Positions 20,724 through 32,324 of a stretch of DNA of 64,000 bases are shown here, one piece after another; the stretch's first letter is position 1; every line of letters begins with the position of its first letter. The DNA lies in IMG/VR virus record IMGVR_UViG_3300005683_000050, positions 21,669 through 85,668 of that record, one strand, 5' to 3'. The DNA is from a virus. Lineage: Duplodnaviria > Heunggongvirae > Uroviricota > Caudoviricetes. The notes beneath the pieces are model-generated. The model ran no database searches. It had not been told where the DNA came from and saw nothing but the letters and a program-made list of their open reading frames with translations. A program made the translations under genes and the position numbers.

Positions 20724-21563
20724 ATGAGCGTACAAGGGAATTCACTGAACGATGAAATGAATGCGTTGATTAACCAGATTGACGCAACCAAACGCGACGA
20801 AAAATTTGTCGCGTGGATGGATTTCTTGGCGGCTGGATACAATTACAGTTTCGGCAATTGGTTGCTGATTTGTATGCAGCGTCCAGACTTTACGAACGTG
20901 CGTTCGTTTCGCGCTTGGAAAAAATTCAAGCGGTATCCGCGTCAAGGGTGCGGTATTAAAATCCTGTTCCCGAAAACATGGTACAAACGCTACGACAAGA
21001 ACGGCGAACTCATTCATTGGTCAGACAAGACCACAAAGTGCGTCAGGCGCGAATTCGGTGGTCTGTCTTTCGGCGTTGGAAATGTATGGGATGTGTCAGA
21101 CACAGAGGGCGAACCTCTGCCCGAAGTACAGTGGCACTCTCGCGTCACAGACGAAACGTTGATTGAAAAGCTGATTGCGTTCTGTGGTGAAAACAATATC
21201 TCGGTGGAATTTCGCAACGAACGCGAACGCGGAGCGCAGGGATGGTCAGAGCTCGGCAAGATTGTCGTTTTTGGTCGTTCGGTTAGCGTATTTGTGCATG
21301 AAATCGCACACGAACTTTTGCACGACAAAAAAGAGCGTTCTGAATCGGCAAAGACTCAGCTCGAATGCGAAGCGGAAGTTGTTTCCGCGATTATTTGCAA
21401 GCGTTTTGGCATTGACACAAACGCGACGAGCGCGGCGTACTTGGCAAATTGGGGCGTGGATGCTAAAGTAATTCGCGCAAGCACCACGCGGATTCAGGGT
21501 GCGGTGGAAAAAATTTGCAAATCTCTCGGTGCAGAATCCGAGAGCGAGGGAGACGAAGAATAA
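20724..21563 (+). CDS. ArdC-like anti-restriction protein (ssDNA-binding N-domain plus HExxH metallopeptidase-like domain)
   Basis: YSFGNWLLICMQRP...SFRAWKK...IKILFP...VWDVSDTEG...VFVHEIAHELLH...ECEAE...AAYLANW. Confidence 0.8.
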   Translation: MSVQGNSLNDEMNALINQIDATKRDEKFVAWMDFLAAGYNYSFGNWLLICMQRPDFTNVRSFRAWKKFKRYPRQGCGIKILFPKTWYKRYDKNGELIHWSDKTTKCVRREFGGLSFGVGNVWDVSDTEGEPLPEVQWHSRVTDETLIEKLIAFCGENNISVEFRNERERGAQGWSELGKIVVFGRSVSVFVHEIAHELLHDKKERSESAKTQLECEAEVVSAIICKRFGIDTNATSAAYLANWGVDAKVIRASTTRIQGAVEKICKSLGAESESEGDEE

Positions 21564-21961
21564 AACGCTTGTATCTGTTCCTGTATGGACAAGAAATACC
21601 GAGTTGGATGCCTTTGTTTCTTGTGCCTGACTACGTTGGCGGGAACTGCTTTCAGTTGTTTTTGTGGAAATTCGACTTTCCGCACAGTCTTGCTGGCGAT
21701 ACGTTTTTCATGGCATGGCGCGAAGAGTCGAAACGCGCGTCGCGGGGATAAAAACAAGGGGATGTACTCCCCTTGTTTTATTTTTATATCTTATAGAACA
21801 TATGTTCTAGTTACATAAGATTTTGATGCTGGGTCGGACTCCTGCCCTCCTCCGCTTCGCGGTCAGTCTCAATATACCATCTCGGCATATTTTTGTCAAC
21901 ACCCTTGACAAACTATCAGAGACATGCTATTATAGGGCATAGGTAAAAAACGGGGGTGAAT

Positions 21962-22597
21962 ATGCCAATGAGTGCTTATGGCGTGTATTTGATTGCTTGT
22001 GAAATGATACGCGCCGAAACCGACGTTAATGTATTCAATGCGCTTGCGAACATTGTTGACTACGCGGTAATTGCGGTTACTGACCAGTTCCCGAATCTGA
22101 ACGATATACCGATGAGTGACGCTGACGTGCGCGCCGCGTTGCGTGTTTACTTTGACCGCGCGCTAGGCCAAACTGTGAGCCTTTGACAAATCTTTCGAGA
22201 CGTGCTATTATAAGCACACAGGAGAAAAAACATGCAACATTATGCAGGATTCGGCACAGCGATTGGTTGGACGGAATTGTGCAAAAGGTATCCATTGGCG
22301 AAAGAAATCGAGTCCGACTTGGCAGACGCGGAAATCTCGTTTCAGGAAATGGAAACATTTGCACTGACCAATTATGTCCCAGACGAGTATCTGCCGATTT
22401 TTGAAAAGTTTGAAGAATTCTTTGCGCGGTTCGCAGAAGAAAACGCGCCGTTGACTTTGGCGTGGTGCGGAGCTGGTAGTGACATTGAAGACATGGACGG
22501 TGATTTTCTGATGGTGTATGGTGTGTATGCCAAAGTCCCTGCCGCAGTCGCACTGGGTGATGCCTTGCAGGATATTTCGTGGGTCTCGTTTGGATAG
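21962..22597 (+). CDS. Two hypothetical genes (21962-22186, 22232-22597)
   Basis: Each has its own sigma70 promoter. Confidence 0.65.
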
Positions 22598-22635
22598 TTA
22601 CTGTCTATGTAGGCAGTAACATCGGGAAGTGAAAA

Positions 22636-22930
22636 ATGAAACCGAGACTTCGCTCAAAGGTGATTGTAACAATCGAAGTAGACTACGAAGACCTTGACAA
22701 TTGAAGTACTTTGGCGTTAAATTAGATTTGTTGCGTGCGAAGAGATACAGAATGGCGTTACAAAGTCATTCGACATTGATGGTAATCCAGACAAATACGA
22801 CAGAGAAAAGGTTGAGAATCTGATTCGTTCCAACGGTAACGAACAGTATTCGACATGCAGCTTGCTGGAGTGTGCATGTGCGGCAGGAGACATTGAAAAG
22901 GGTCGCTACAATATCCGAGTCAATTGGTGA
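22636..22930 (+). pseudogene. Frameshifted paralog of 17807-18097
   Basis: Three frames stitch to YEDLDN / KYFGVK / FVACEE...LLECACAAGDIEKGRYNI, matching YCEDFDK...RYFAV...LLDYACSLGEIERGVYVI. Confidence 0.6.
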
Positions 22931-22970
22931 CAGACTTGACAAATTGTAGGTGTCGGTGTATTATACAGAC

Positions 22971-25900
22971 ATGGACATAAAACAAGAAAAATCCGAGTTT
23001 GAAAAGATTTCTACGCCAGAGCTGCTCGCGTACTACAAAATCTGTCAGATGAACGGCTCTATGATTCAGAGCGCACAGGACGCCGAGCAAAACGCACGTC
23101 ACCTTGAAGTCGTCACGGCAATTTTGACAAAACGCGGTGCGTTGGGAGATGATGCAGAATGAAAAAGGTTGTCCATGTTTACGAATGCGGTATCTGTGAC
23201 AGTCTCCACCTGTGGGACTTCAACGAAGACTGCCGCGACAACGAACAGCGTTTCGGTGATATACAAGCTGTTTGCGAAAAGTTCCATGTAACAGAATTTG
23301 AAGTCGCAGTATCCAGCATGGAAGAGCGCATAGCGGCAGATATGCAAGAGATTGGATTGCGCGAGCTGATTGTCGAGAAAATCAATGTCTTTGCCAGAGA
23401 CAATAATTGGTTTGACAAGTCGAATCGCAGGTGGGGTCGTCTTTATGTCTACGGCAATCATATCGAAGATGTGGATTTGGAAGACCTCTCGGACAGTAAG
23501 CTGCTTGACCTACTGTTGACCATACAGCGATACGCCGTGTTCGATTTCGGTCATTGACAAAATCCGACATGTGGTGTAGTATATTCAAAGGAGACACAAA
23601 AAATGGGAGACCGAGCAAATGTTTTAGTGCGGGAAGACAGTGCAGATAGTGGTGTTTATCTCTATACCCACTGGCGCGGCACAGAGTTGCCCCGCTTATT
23701 GCAAGAAGCATTGCAGCGCAATGTGCGATGGAATGATTGTCCGTACTTGACTCGTATTATCTTTGATGGCATGTCAAAAGGTACGCATGGTCAAGAGCTG
23801 GGGTTCGGTATTGCAGCGCGCCCCCAAGACGGCGAAGACCGAGTGCTGATTGTTGACGTTGAAAGTCAGACCGTCACACGCGGGAATTATGTCTTTTCGT
23901 TTGAAGATTTTTGTCAGATGGAAGCATGGCAGCTCGATGACTTTTGGGGCATTTACCCGTGACGAGGCAGACAGTGAATAAACATATTTCCGCAATCTGT
24001 TCAGCTCTGCCCGCCTACGGACTCAAATCCACGACAGAAAATGTGTCTACCGTGCTTGGCGGAAACTACTCATTTACACACTTTGGCAACGATGATACAG
24101 GGGCGGTTGATGAATTCTGGCTCTGTGTTAAAGACCTATTGACAAAAGGGGGGGGGTATGATGACACTGCCCCCCCCTGAGCGTCGAAGGTGCGCGCCTT
24201 TATGGAATCTCGATGCGGCAGATGGATGAGAGGACATGAATATGGTGTTTATTTTTCGTCACGGGCCAGAAATCATACTGGAGACCGAAAGCGCGGGCGA
24301 TGTGCGTACTGCTATCAATTCGCAGTACCTTGTTCCATGTGAGACATATACCATTTCGATGGATGTCGGTTGGCGTGACTTTTGGGCATACGTCACACCA
24401 GAAAACCGCGACGCGATTGTGACATTGCTTGATGCCTTTATTGAAAAATCAAAGTCAGACCACCAGCCTCAGAGCATGTGGGGATAAGATGTACAGAACA
24501 ATTACGTACTGGAAAGACCGCAAGGGGGGTGTGAACAATTTGCAGGTTTGCGTGGTTCTCCGAAATGGAGCTTACGTAAAGTTCTTTACTTCGATTGTTG
24601 GAAAAGCGCGCCGATACGCGGTACGATGGGCAAACAGGCACAGTATTACACTCGCCCCAGAGTCTTGACAAATTCTGGTGAAAGGTGTATGATTCAAGCA
24701 TGAAAACAAAAATCTATGTCTTTGTGGTTAGCTGCTTCGATTACTATCGGGTCGAACATGTCTGCACAAACGCGTCCGAGATGTATAATCTGGTGCGTGG
24801 ATACAAATTCAGTCGCGGCATGGAATACCAGATGCAAATCTGGGAAGATGGTAATTGTGACTCGTTCTGGATGACCGAATCCGACAAAGAATCGTGTATT
24901 GCGCGATTGAGTTGACAAAATTTCCGAGTTGCCGTATAATGATGGCAAGGAGACAAGATGCGAATCGTATTCAAACAGCTCAAAGAAATGGCGGCCGACA
25001 ACGGACTGGTGGTAGTATGCAACATGCCGCGTGTTTACAACGTGTGCGAAAGCTACCACAGTGGTATCCGCGCGTTGTTTATCGGCAACGTAACGGAATG
25101 CTACGCGTATTTGCAGGGATACACACAAGGAAAGCGGGACGCGACGATTGGTAAAACTATCGGAAAGAGTGGTTGACAAACCTACCGACGTGTGATACAA
25201 TGTATTTACACAAGTACGCCCGACGCCGAAAGGCAAGACGCCGAAAGTGTGATTGGGGTTATATTTGGGAGCAAAGGAAGCTGTCTTTTAATCGGGGCGG
25301 TGGATGCGTCTGTACCAGATATAATGAAACGAGAGCGAGGCAGCCTACCACAACAAACGCGCGTGGTAGGGGAGATTCGACGTTTTTTAAGCGACTGCCA
25401 CTAATCCCTGCTCTCTAACCCCATCGGGAGACAAAATGAAAATGCAAATCACACTCAGTAATGTAAGGATTTCAAAATTCGCAAGTCAAGAAACCACCTG
25501 TTTTACGGCAAAGGTATTGGTAAACGGCAAGCTCGCGTTTGTGACAGGCAATGACGGGCAGGGCGGCTCAAATTACGTATACGTGGAAGACCGTGTTTTG
25601 ACCGCAGAAGCAGAGTCGTATGTAAAATCATTGCCGCCAGAACCACAGTACGGATTACCAATGGATATGGAGCTGTACGTTGGCGTTTTACTTGGACAGT
25701 ACGAACTGCAAAGGCAATTAAAACGCTTGTCGAAAACCAACACGCTGTTCCGCCTGACAGGAGAAGACGATTTTGAAATTCGGTACGTGAAAGGTGTTGG
25801 CGCGGATGCAGAAGCGTACATTCTCCAGAAATATCCAAACGCGAAAATCTGGAAACCGAGTTGACAAACCAACAGGGTTGTGGTATAATTCAGATGTGCG

Positions 25901-26367
25901 GTGAGTAACCGATTGGTCATAGACCAGAGGGTGAAAACGCACAGCTCTCCCCATAAACGGGGATGGCATTACACTCAGACGCCGAAGCCGTATGCGCCAG
26001 AGGGTGTATAAAGTAAGCGTCTGAGTGAATGCGACTGTTTTCGGTGCATAGTTGAGCGTAGAACCGTATACAGAAAACTATGACAAGCAAAGAATTTTTA
26101 GCATTATCAAAACAACTTGATTCGCTCGACATCAAAACGAGCGTGTATGCTAACCGATTGGCTGTTTGGAATTCTGATACAGACTTGGTTATTTTGCTGT
26201 TTGACGGAAATGCATACAGAGTGCGTCACGCATTTGAGGGAATGACTCGCTCAGATGTAGACAAGACAGAGGTCATGTTTGGAGACAAATACTTCGCGGT
26301 CAAACATTTTTTTTCTTTGATTACAAAGCGAACGCTGTTGAATATAGTCATTGAAAACGACCAGTAA
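22971..26367 (+). CDS. Small hypothetical genes (22971-23162, 23159-23557, 23603-23962, 24236-24487, 24489-24668, 24700-24915, 24958-25176, 25436-25864, 26080-26367)
   Basis: Most are preceded by TTGACA-17-TAnnAT; several leaderless. Confidence 0.7.
25896..26062 (+). ncRNA. Putative ~165-nt structured RNA or leader
   Basis: Starts 6 nt after TTGACA-17-TATAAT; stems GTGCG/CGCAC, TGGTC/GACCA, TCCCC/GGGGA, CACTCAGACGC/GCGTCTGAGTG. Confidence 0.6.
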
Positions 26368-26967
26368 AACTAGATTGCTCTGTATCGCGCGGTATATGGT
26401 CTCGCGCTGAATTTAGCGAGTGCTTATCGTCGTTTAAGAACGGCACGATTATCGGCAATCCGAAATACCGAGATAGCGTCGGAAGTGAGGGGGTATGGCG
26501 CGATATAAACACATACCCCTACCGCAATTATTCGACTGTCTATTAAGACAGCCATCAATCCGAGATTGTTTTCGACCACGAGGATTTCGACCACGGGACT
26601 TTTGTCCTGTGGTTTTTTTGTTGATTCGACCACGAGGATTTCGACCACGGGGGTATGGTGGCGCGCAAAGAAGATGCCGACCTGAGTTACCCAAGAACGG
26701 CAGGTATGGCAAGGTCGGCGCATTATGTCAAGTTGCCGCGCGGAGATGCGCGGAAATAGACAAGGCGCGCGCCTTGTTTCCACGTTGGAATGTAGCACGT
26801 TTCTGACTTTTTGTCAAGTGAGGTTACATAAGATTTTTTTGCTGGGTTGGACTCCTGCCCTCCTGCGCTCTTCGCGCTCGGTCATAGTATCGCGCTAACG
26901 CATACCTTTGTCAAGTGGTGCAGAATTGCCTATTGACAAAAAAACGCGCTTAGACTATAATACCGAC

Positions 26968-27621
26968 ATGACCACAAAAAACATGTTCGGATACGGAAAT
27001 TCAAAGCTGGTGCATTTGCAAAATCGCGTGGGTAAAAAGGTTGCGACGTTTGACCTGCTCGCGGGTCATACCTGCCCGATGGCAAGCGACTGTAACGTGC
27101 GTGTCATTATCAGTAAAGGACACCGCCGATTGAAAAAGTTAGGCAAATGGGCTTGCTATGCGGCAAAAGCGGAATTGGTGTATACCGCTACATACCGCTT
27201 GCACAAAATCAATAAAACGCGCACTTTGCGCGATACGTTTGTAAAGCGCGCGATTCGCGAAATTGAAAAAAACCGCGTCGAGATTATGCGGATTCACAGT
27301 TCGGGAGATTTTTACTCTTGGGAGTATTTCCAAAAGTGGTACGCAATCGCGCAAGCGTTGCCGCATGTGTCGTTTTTTGGTTATACCAAGCAAGCGACCT
27401 TTGTAAAATGGTTACTTGCACACCCTCTGCCGAATTTGAAAATTGTTTACTCGCACGGCGGATTACTTGACAATTTCGCGGCAGCTCACAATTTGCCGAC
27501 GTGTTACGTGAAAACGCAAGAGGGTCAGTACCCCGAAATTCCTGTAGCTTGCGGCGCGGTACATAGCGACGATTACGAACACGTTTTAGCGCAGCATGAT
27601 TTTGTAATCGAGTTCCACTAG
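26968..27621 (+). CDS. Phage Gp88-like protein (copy 1), leaderless
   Basis: GNSKL...TFDLLAGHTCPMASDC...CYAAK...RIHSSGDFY; TTGACA-17-TATAAT-6-ATG. Confidence 0.8.
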   Translation: MTTKNMFGYGNSKLVHLQNRVGKKVATFDLLAGHTCPMASDCNVRVIISKGHRRLKKLGKWACYAAKAELVYTATYRLHKINKTRTLRDTFVKRAIREIEKNRVEIMRIHSSGDFYSWEYFQKWYAIAQALPHVSFFGYTKQATFVKWLLAHPLPNLKIVYSHGGLLDNFAAAHNLPTCYVKTQEGQYPEIPVACGAVHSDDYEHVLAQHDFVIEFH

Positions 27622-27997
27622 GGAGGGGGGGGACAATCCCCTCCCTAGCTTAGAACGATGCGCTATAATACAAAAGACGTAGCAAGGGGCAGCGAGCTTT
27701 GATAGAACCGACTAGGCACAGAGCATAAAATCCTGTGGACGCGAAAGGTTCGTAGCCGACCACGCGGGGAAAACGCGGTAAAGTGGGCGAAAGCACTGGT
27801 GCGAGTGTGAGTATCCCACAACCTTTTTTGTTTCGGTGTATGTTACATATAAGAACATGTGTTCTAATTGGATGCTGGGTTGGACTCCTGCCCTCTTACG
27901 CTATCCGCGTTCAGTTATAGTATCGCGCTATTTTCGTTTTTTGTCAAGGGACAGTATTGCACTTGACAAAAAACTCAGCAAGGTGTATCATTCAGCC

Positions 27998-30699
27998 ATG
28001 AATAACAAACATATAGCGCGAGTGTCTCGCGCACACCGCGCCAAAGCTGTAACCGATTTTATCAATTTTCAATTCGGGTGTGATAATATCACTGCCGAGA
28101 TGCAGCCTGTTTTCCAGAATGCCGATGAGTACGAAATCTTTGCGAATTGTCGGCGGGGCGATGTGCGTATGTTGAAAATTGCTATCTGTGCCTTTTTGCG
28201 CGGCGCGGAATGGCAAGAAAGTCGCGTTTGACAAACTTTTGACCTTGTGGTATATTGAACGTGTAGGACAAAATCAACCAAAAGGGGTGTGCTGTGAAAG
28301 AGTATTCTACCAAAACCAAGTCGGTGGTTGTTACTCTGTTTGAATTCGCTCTCAGCGTGCTTTTGAAGCTCAAATCGCGCGACGCGAATCGCGTTGCCGA
28401 AATCAAGGCACAGATTGCCGCGCTGAACAAAGAGCTCGCGAATGTGACTAAGGAATACAGTGATACGCAAAGCAAATTGACGATTGGTCTCATTCCGTTT
28501 GTTGAGCAGTGGGCGCGTGAAAATGAAGGCAGTTACGTCGGCAAGAATGGCAGGGTCAAAATTGTGCGTCCGTATTTGCGGCGCGTGTGGAGTGCTGACA
28601 AGATGGATGAAATCTTGGAACAAAACCCGTACTTGCTCCCCGTTTTGCAAGGCGCGTTTTCTGTGACACCTGTTGAGATTCAAGTCGAATTGCAAGTGTA
28701 AGACAATGCCCGCAAGGGCATTTTTTTACGTTCCGATAGAACATATGTTCTACTGGTTACATAAGAACTCTATGTCGGAAAATCGCAGTTTCAAACTGAA
28801 AATCCGTAGAACATTTGTTCCATTTCTAGGACTTGGGCCTTTTTGCTATATCCCACCGAATTTTGACTTATCGCCTGTCTGGATAGACAGTTGACAAAAA
28901 AAATGATTTGACGTATAATACAGACATGCAAATCAAAAAACATTTCCGAGCTGCCGATTTTACGGCGACCCAATTCGGTACGGCGCAAGAAAAGGCGGAT
29001 TTCGCAAATCACTTTATCTACTTTGTCGAAAGTGGATGCCCGTATCGTTTGTTTCACAAATGGTTTTACGGGCGACTGTCCATGTGTTTTTGTCATATCG
29101 CCCACTACAACAAAGACGGATTTTATAGTGTGTGGTTTTCGTCGGACGCTCATAAAAATTTCATGCAACACACTCTTTCTTTTGTCCCGTTTGGCGACCC
29201 GTATTATACGTATTGCGATGTTGAACATGCCCTGATAAAGTATTTCAAACGTCACCCGATTCGATAACGGTGGGCATTGCCCACCATCGGCGCGTGAATC
29301 TCCATAAAGGGAGACACGACAGCGAATTAACGCGAATACTGTACAGTATGACTTGCCCGTAAGCGAGTCTGGGGTGAATTGACACCCGCGCCGTCAATCT
29401 TTTATCGCTTGACAAATCCAGCGAGCTAGTGTATCATACATTCACAGGTGAAAAAGTGAAACGAGTCAAATGTAAAAGTGGACTGTCTGGACGCCAGCAA
29501 AAGCTGCAACGCATGTATCGTGGCAAAAGAGAGTTCATTTCATACACTGAAATCTACAACATTCATGGTCGTCTTGGTTTCAAGTCAGCAGAACGGTGTT
29601 GGACTGCCAATCCGTTAGTTGAATACTCTATAGACCCGTCCGATTTTCGTCGGGTGCGCGAGGTGAAAACTATCTGTCATTCGACGCTTGTGTGAAGTAC
29701 GGCGAAACCGATGCCGAGTTTACCGTAGAATGGTCAATGAGTAAAAACAAAACTCCGTACCGCGCGGGAAAGACGCTTTGGCAGCAATGGGGATTTTTTC
29801 TTCAGCCTGTCAGCGTTGTTGATTGCAGATTGACAAATTCTTGGAAATAGGGTAGAATACAGATACGGAAACACAACAAAGCTTTAACGGATGGCATTCT
29901 GGCGGACACGGTGTAAACGACATTAATGGACACTGAACAGCTTGTAGAACTTGAATTGTTCAAAGATATGCGTTGCCCGAAATGTTTCGGGCGCAATCTG
30001 ACCACGCGCGGAATCTTCAAAGACGTTACGCATGTTTGTATGGATTGCGGGAAAGAATGTACTGACGAAGAATCCTTGCGCGCTGGTCGGGAATTTCGAG
30101 AACGGAATAAAGAATAGATTCGACCACGGCACTTTCGACCACGAGCATTCACACACGCGCGGCAGATAGGGGATAGTGGATACCTGCCGCGCGAAGGCGC
30201 GGACAGGCGCGGAACGACCTGTCACAAAAAGTATAGCACGCTGTTCTTTTTTTGTCAATTTCGGTTACATAAGATTTTTGGGCTGGGTTGGACTCCTGCC
30301 CTCCTCCGCTTCGCGGTCAATTGTAGTATAGCGCTATTCTGATTTTTTGTCAAGGGATGGGCGATACTTGACAAATTGAAAGGGAAGGTGTATCATTTGA
30401 GTATGAATAAACATTCACCATATTTTGACCAGGAAAGTCCGATTGCGGAGATTGTTGGCATGATTGCGGATTTAGATGTATCCCGTCCTTATGAGCTATA
30501 CGCGACGGCGGTATTCAAGTGCAAACAGGGGTACTTGGTCGTTGGCGTTAGTGGATGCTCTTGTTGGCCTGACAGTGGCGGTACGTCTCAAGAATTTTGC
30601 CGCACGCGCGCCGATGTGGACAAACAATTGCGCGGGGAATGGCGCGAGCTTTTGACGCTTTGCCAACAGCGCAATTGGAAAATCGCTGTTGACAAATAA
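27998..30699 (+). CDS. Small hypothetical genes (27998-28231, 28294-28701, 28926-29267, 29456-29695, 29926-30117, 30403-30699)
   Basis: Own promoters; starts corrected to leaderless ATG where applicable. Confidence 0.65.
29270..29400 (+). ncRNA. Run of consecutive hairpins, putative structured RNA or 3' UTR
   Basis: GGTGGGC/GCCCACC, TCTCC/GGGAGA, ATACTGTACAGTAT palindrome, GGGTG/CACCC. Confidence 0.4.
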
Positions 30700-30722
30700 A
30701 TCAATCCGTGATACAATGCGCT

Positions 30723-30826
30723 TGGGTGTGAATGATTGCCGCGACGCCAAAAAGCGTTACCGTACTGGTTGAAAGCGAATCTGATAACTGCCAGAATACG
30801 GTGTCAGACGCGGCATAGTACGCCCA
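30723..30826 (+). ncRNA. Putative ~105-nt structured RNA or leader
   Basis: Starts 6 nt after TTGACA-17-TACAAT; nested stems GGGTGT/ACGCCC, TGCCGCG/CGCGGCA, ACCGTA/TACGGT, CTGG/CCAG. Confidence 0.6.
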
Positions 30827-30842
30827 AAATGGACAATCAAAC

Positions 30843-31712
30843 ATGAAAACTTTTTCGTGGTACAATAAAATGCTTTACATTCAAACGCGATATTTCATTC
30901 TCGCGATTGGTTGGAATGGTTGGTATTGGGGGAAATGCATTCCAACGTACAAAAATTGGGAACGTTTCACAATCGAAACACCGCTTTTTATTTTCGCGGT
31001 AAGCGGTTGGATTTTCTGGGGCAAAAAACCGACAAGGGCACTCTAACCGAGTGTCTTTTTTATCTCTTGACAAAATTTCAAATGTGACATATAATACAGA
31101 CATGGAATACGAAACCTGTATCATTTGCCAAGAAGCACTGCTCACTACCGATGAGCTGCAATCTGGCATTCACGCCTCTTGCGACGAAGAGCTGCGCCAT
31201 TGCCCGTTCTGCGGCGAGGTCGAGTGCGTCTGCTTTGACGACGAGACCTACACCGTGCGCGGTACGGCACGCGCAGCGAGACAGCACCGCGCACGACACG
31301 GGATGCGCGTTGACGGCGCGGGTATCCGCAATCCTGTTTTTCGGAGCTCAATATGATGAATACATGTGGGTTTGGACACCCCAGCGGATGTTGTGCAACC
31401 GCGCATGGCACGATGGGAGAAATACGCGGGCTGCCCAAATATATCTCAGCCATACTTGGATTTGAAAATACGTGTATCTATCACGCTGTAAACAGTGGAC
31501 TGGATTGGAACAAATTAAAAATCATATCTCCAGCGACAGCGCAGATAGAATATGAAACAAAGACCCCAGACAAATTGGGCAGATACTTTTTTTCCCTACA
31601 TTGGACAGGATGGGGGGGGGTGGTACTGTTTACGGAAAAAGAACGCAAGGGTTCTTGGGCGACCCTCTGGAACACGGATTCCCACGCCCTTGACAAAATT
31701 AGGATAAGGTGA
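30843..31712 (+). CDS. Three small hypothetical genes (30843-31046, 31102-31356 Zn-finger-like, 31353-31712)
   Basis: ORF track; CxxC motifs in the middle gene. Confidence 0.55.
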
Positions 31713-31722
31713 TACAATAAGA

Positions 31723-32070
31723 GTGTGGGAGTGAGAGTTTCGGCGTCGTGCCGACTGAACGAATCGAGTGCGCCACAGCGTTTAAGCGGTATCCAATTCT
31801 CTGTGTAATTCTAAGCATTCGCGTGGCTATCATTCCCACATCAAGTAGTCGTTGGGATTCTGCGCTCGAATAAATGAACAGTTACGGTTATAAAAGCCTT
31901 GTATCGCCACCGAGTCCCTTCCCAAATTTGCGAAGTGCGCTCTGGGCAAACGGCTAGTCCGTTGGCAACAAACGCCACCGTAGCGCAGAAGAGGCCAAAC
32001 AAAGCGTGCATCGGATTGGCGGGATTCTCCGCCTCCCAAGCATTATCTCAGCCCGATTTTTAATCCGTTA
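31723..32070 (+). ncRNA. Putative ~350-nt structured RNA or leader
   Basis: Follows TTGACA-17-TACAAT; GTGGGAGTGA/TCATTCCCAC and TTCTGCGCT/AGCGCAGAA long-range stems; no sense ORF. Confidence 0.55.
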
Positions 32071-32071
32071 G

Positions 32072-32299
32072 ATGCTTAGAAGAAACATGAAACACTTACT
32101 ACATAAATTGATTGCTTGGTATCTTCGCCGTTGTGGTGGCGCGGCTCATTGCTATCCATACGGTGAACAGGGTCGTTATTTGGTTTTGATGGACGACGAT
32201 ACCTATCGTCGTTTCAAATGTCTGGCACATGGTCGCACGCCAGAAGAGTTTCACAAAATGGTTTGGTCTTTACGTGATGCGGGAGTGTGGGTTTCGTGA
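32072..32299 (+). CDS. Hypothetical protein
   Basis: 75-aa ORF. Confidence 0.55.
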   Translation: MLRRNMKHLLHKLIAWYLRRCGGAAHCYPYGEQGRYLVLMDDDTYRRFKCLAHGRTPEEFHKMVWSLRDAGVWVS

Positions 32300-32324
32300 A
32301 CGCATCGCCGTTGGAATGCTAAAA

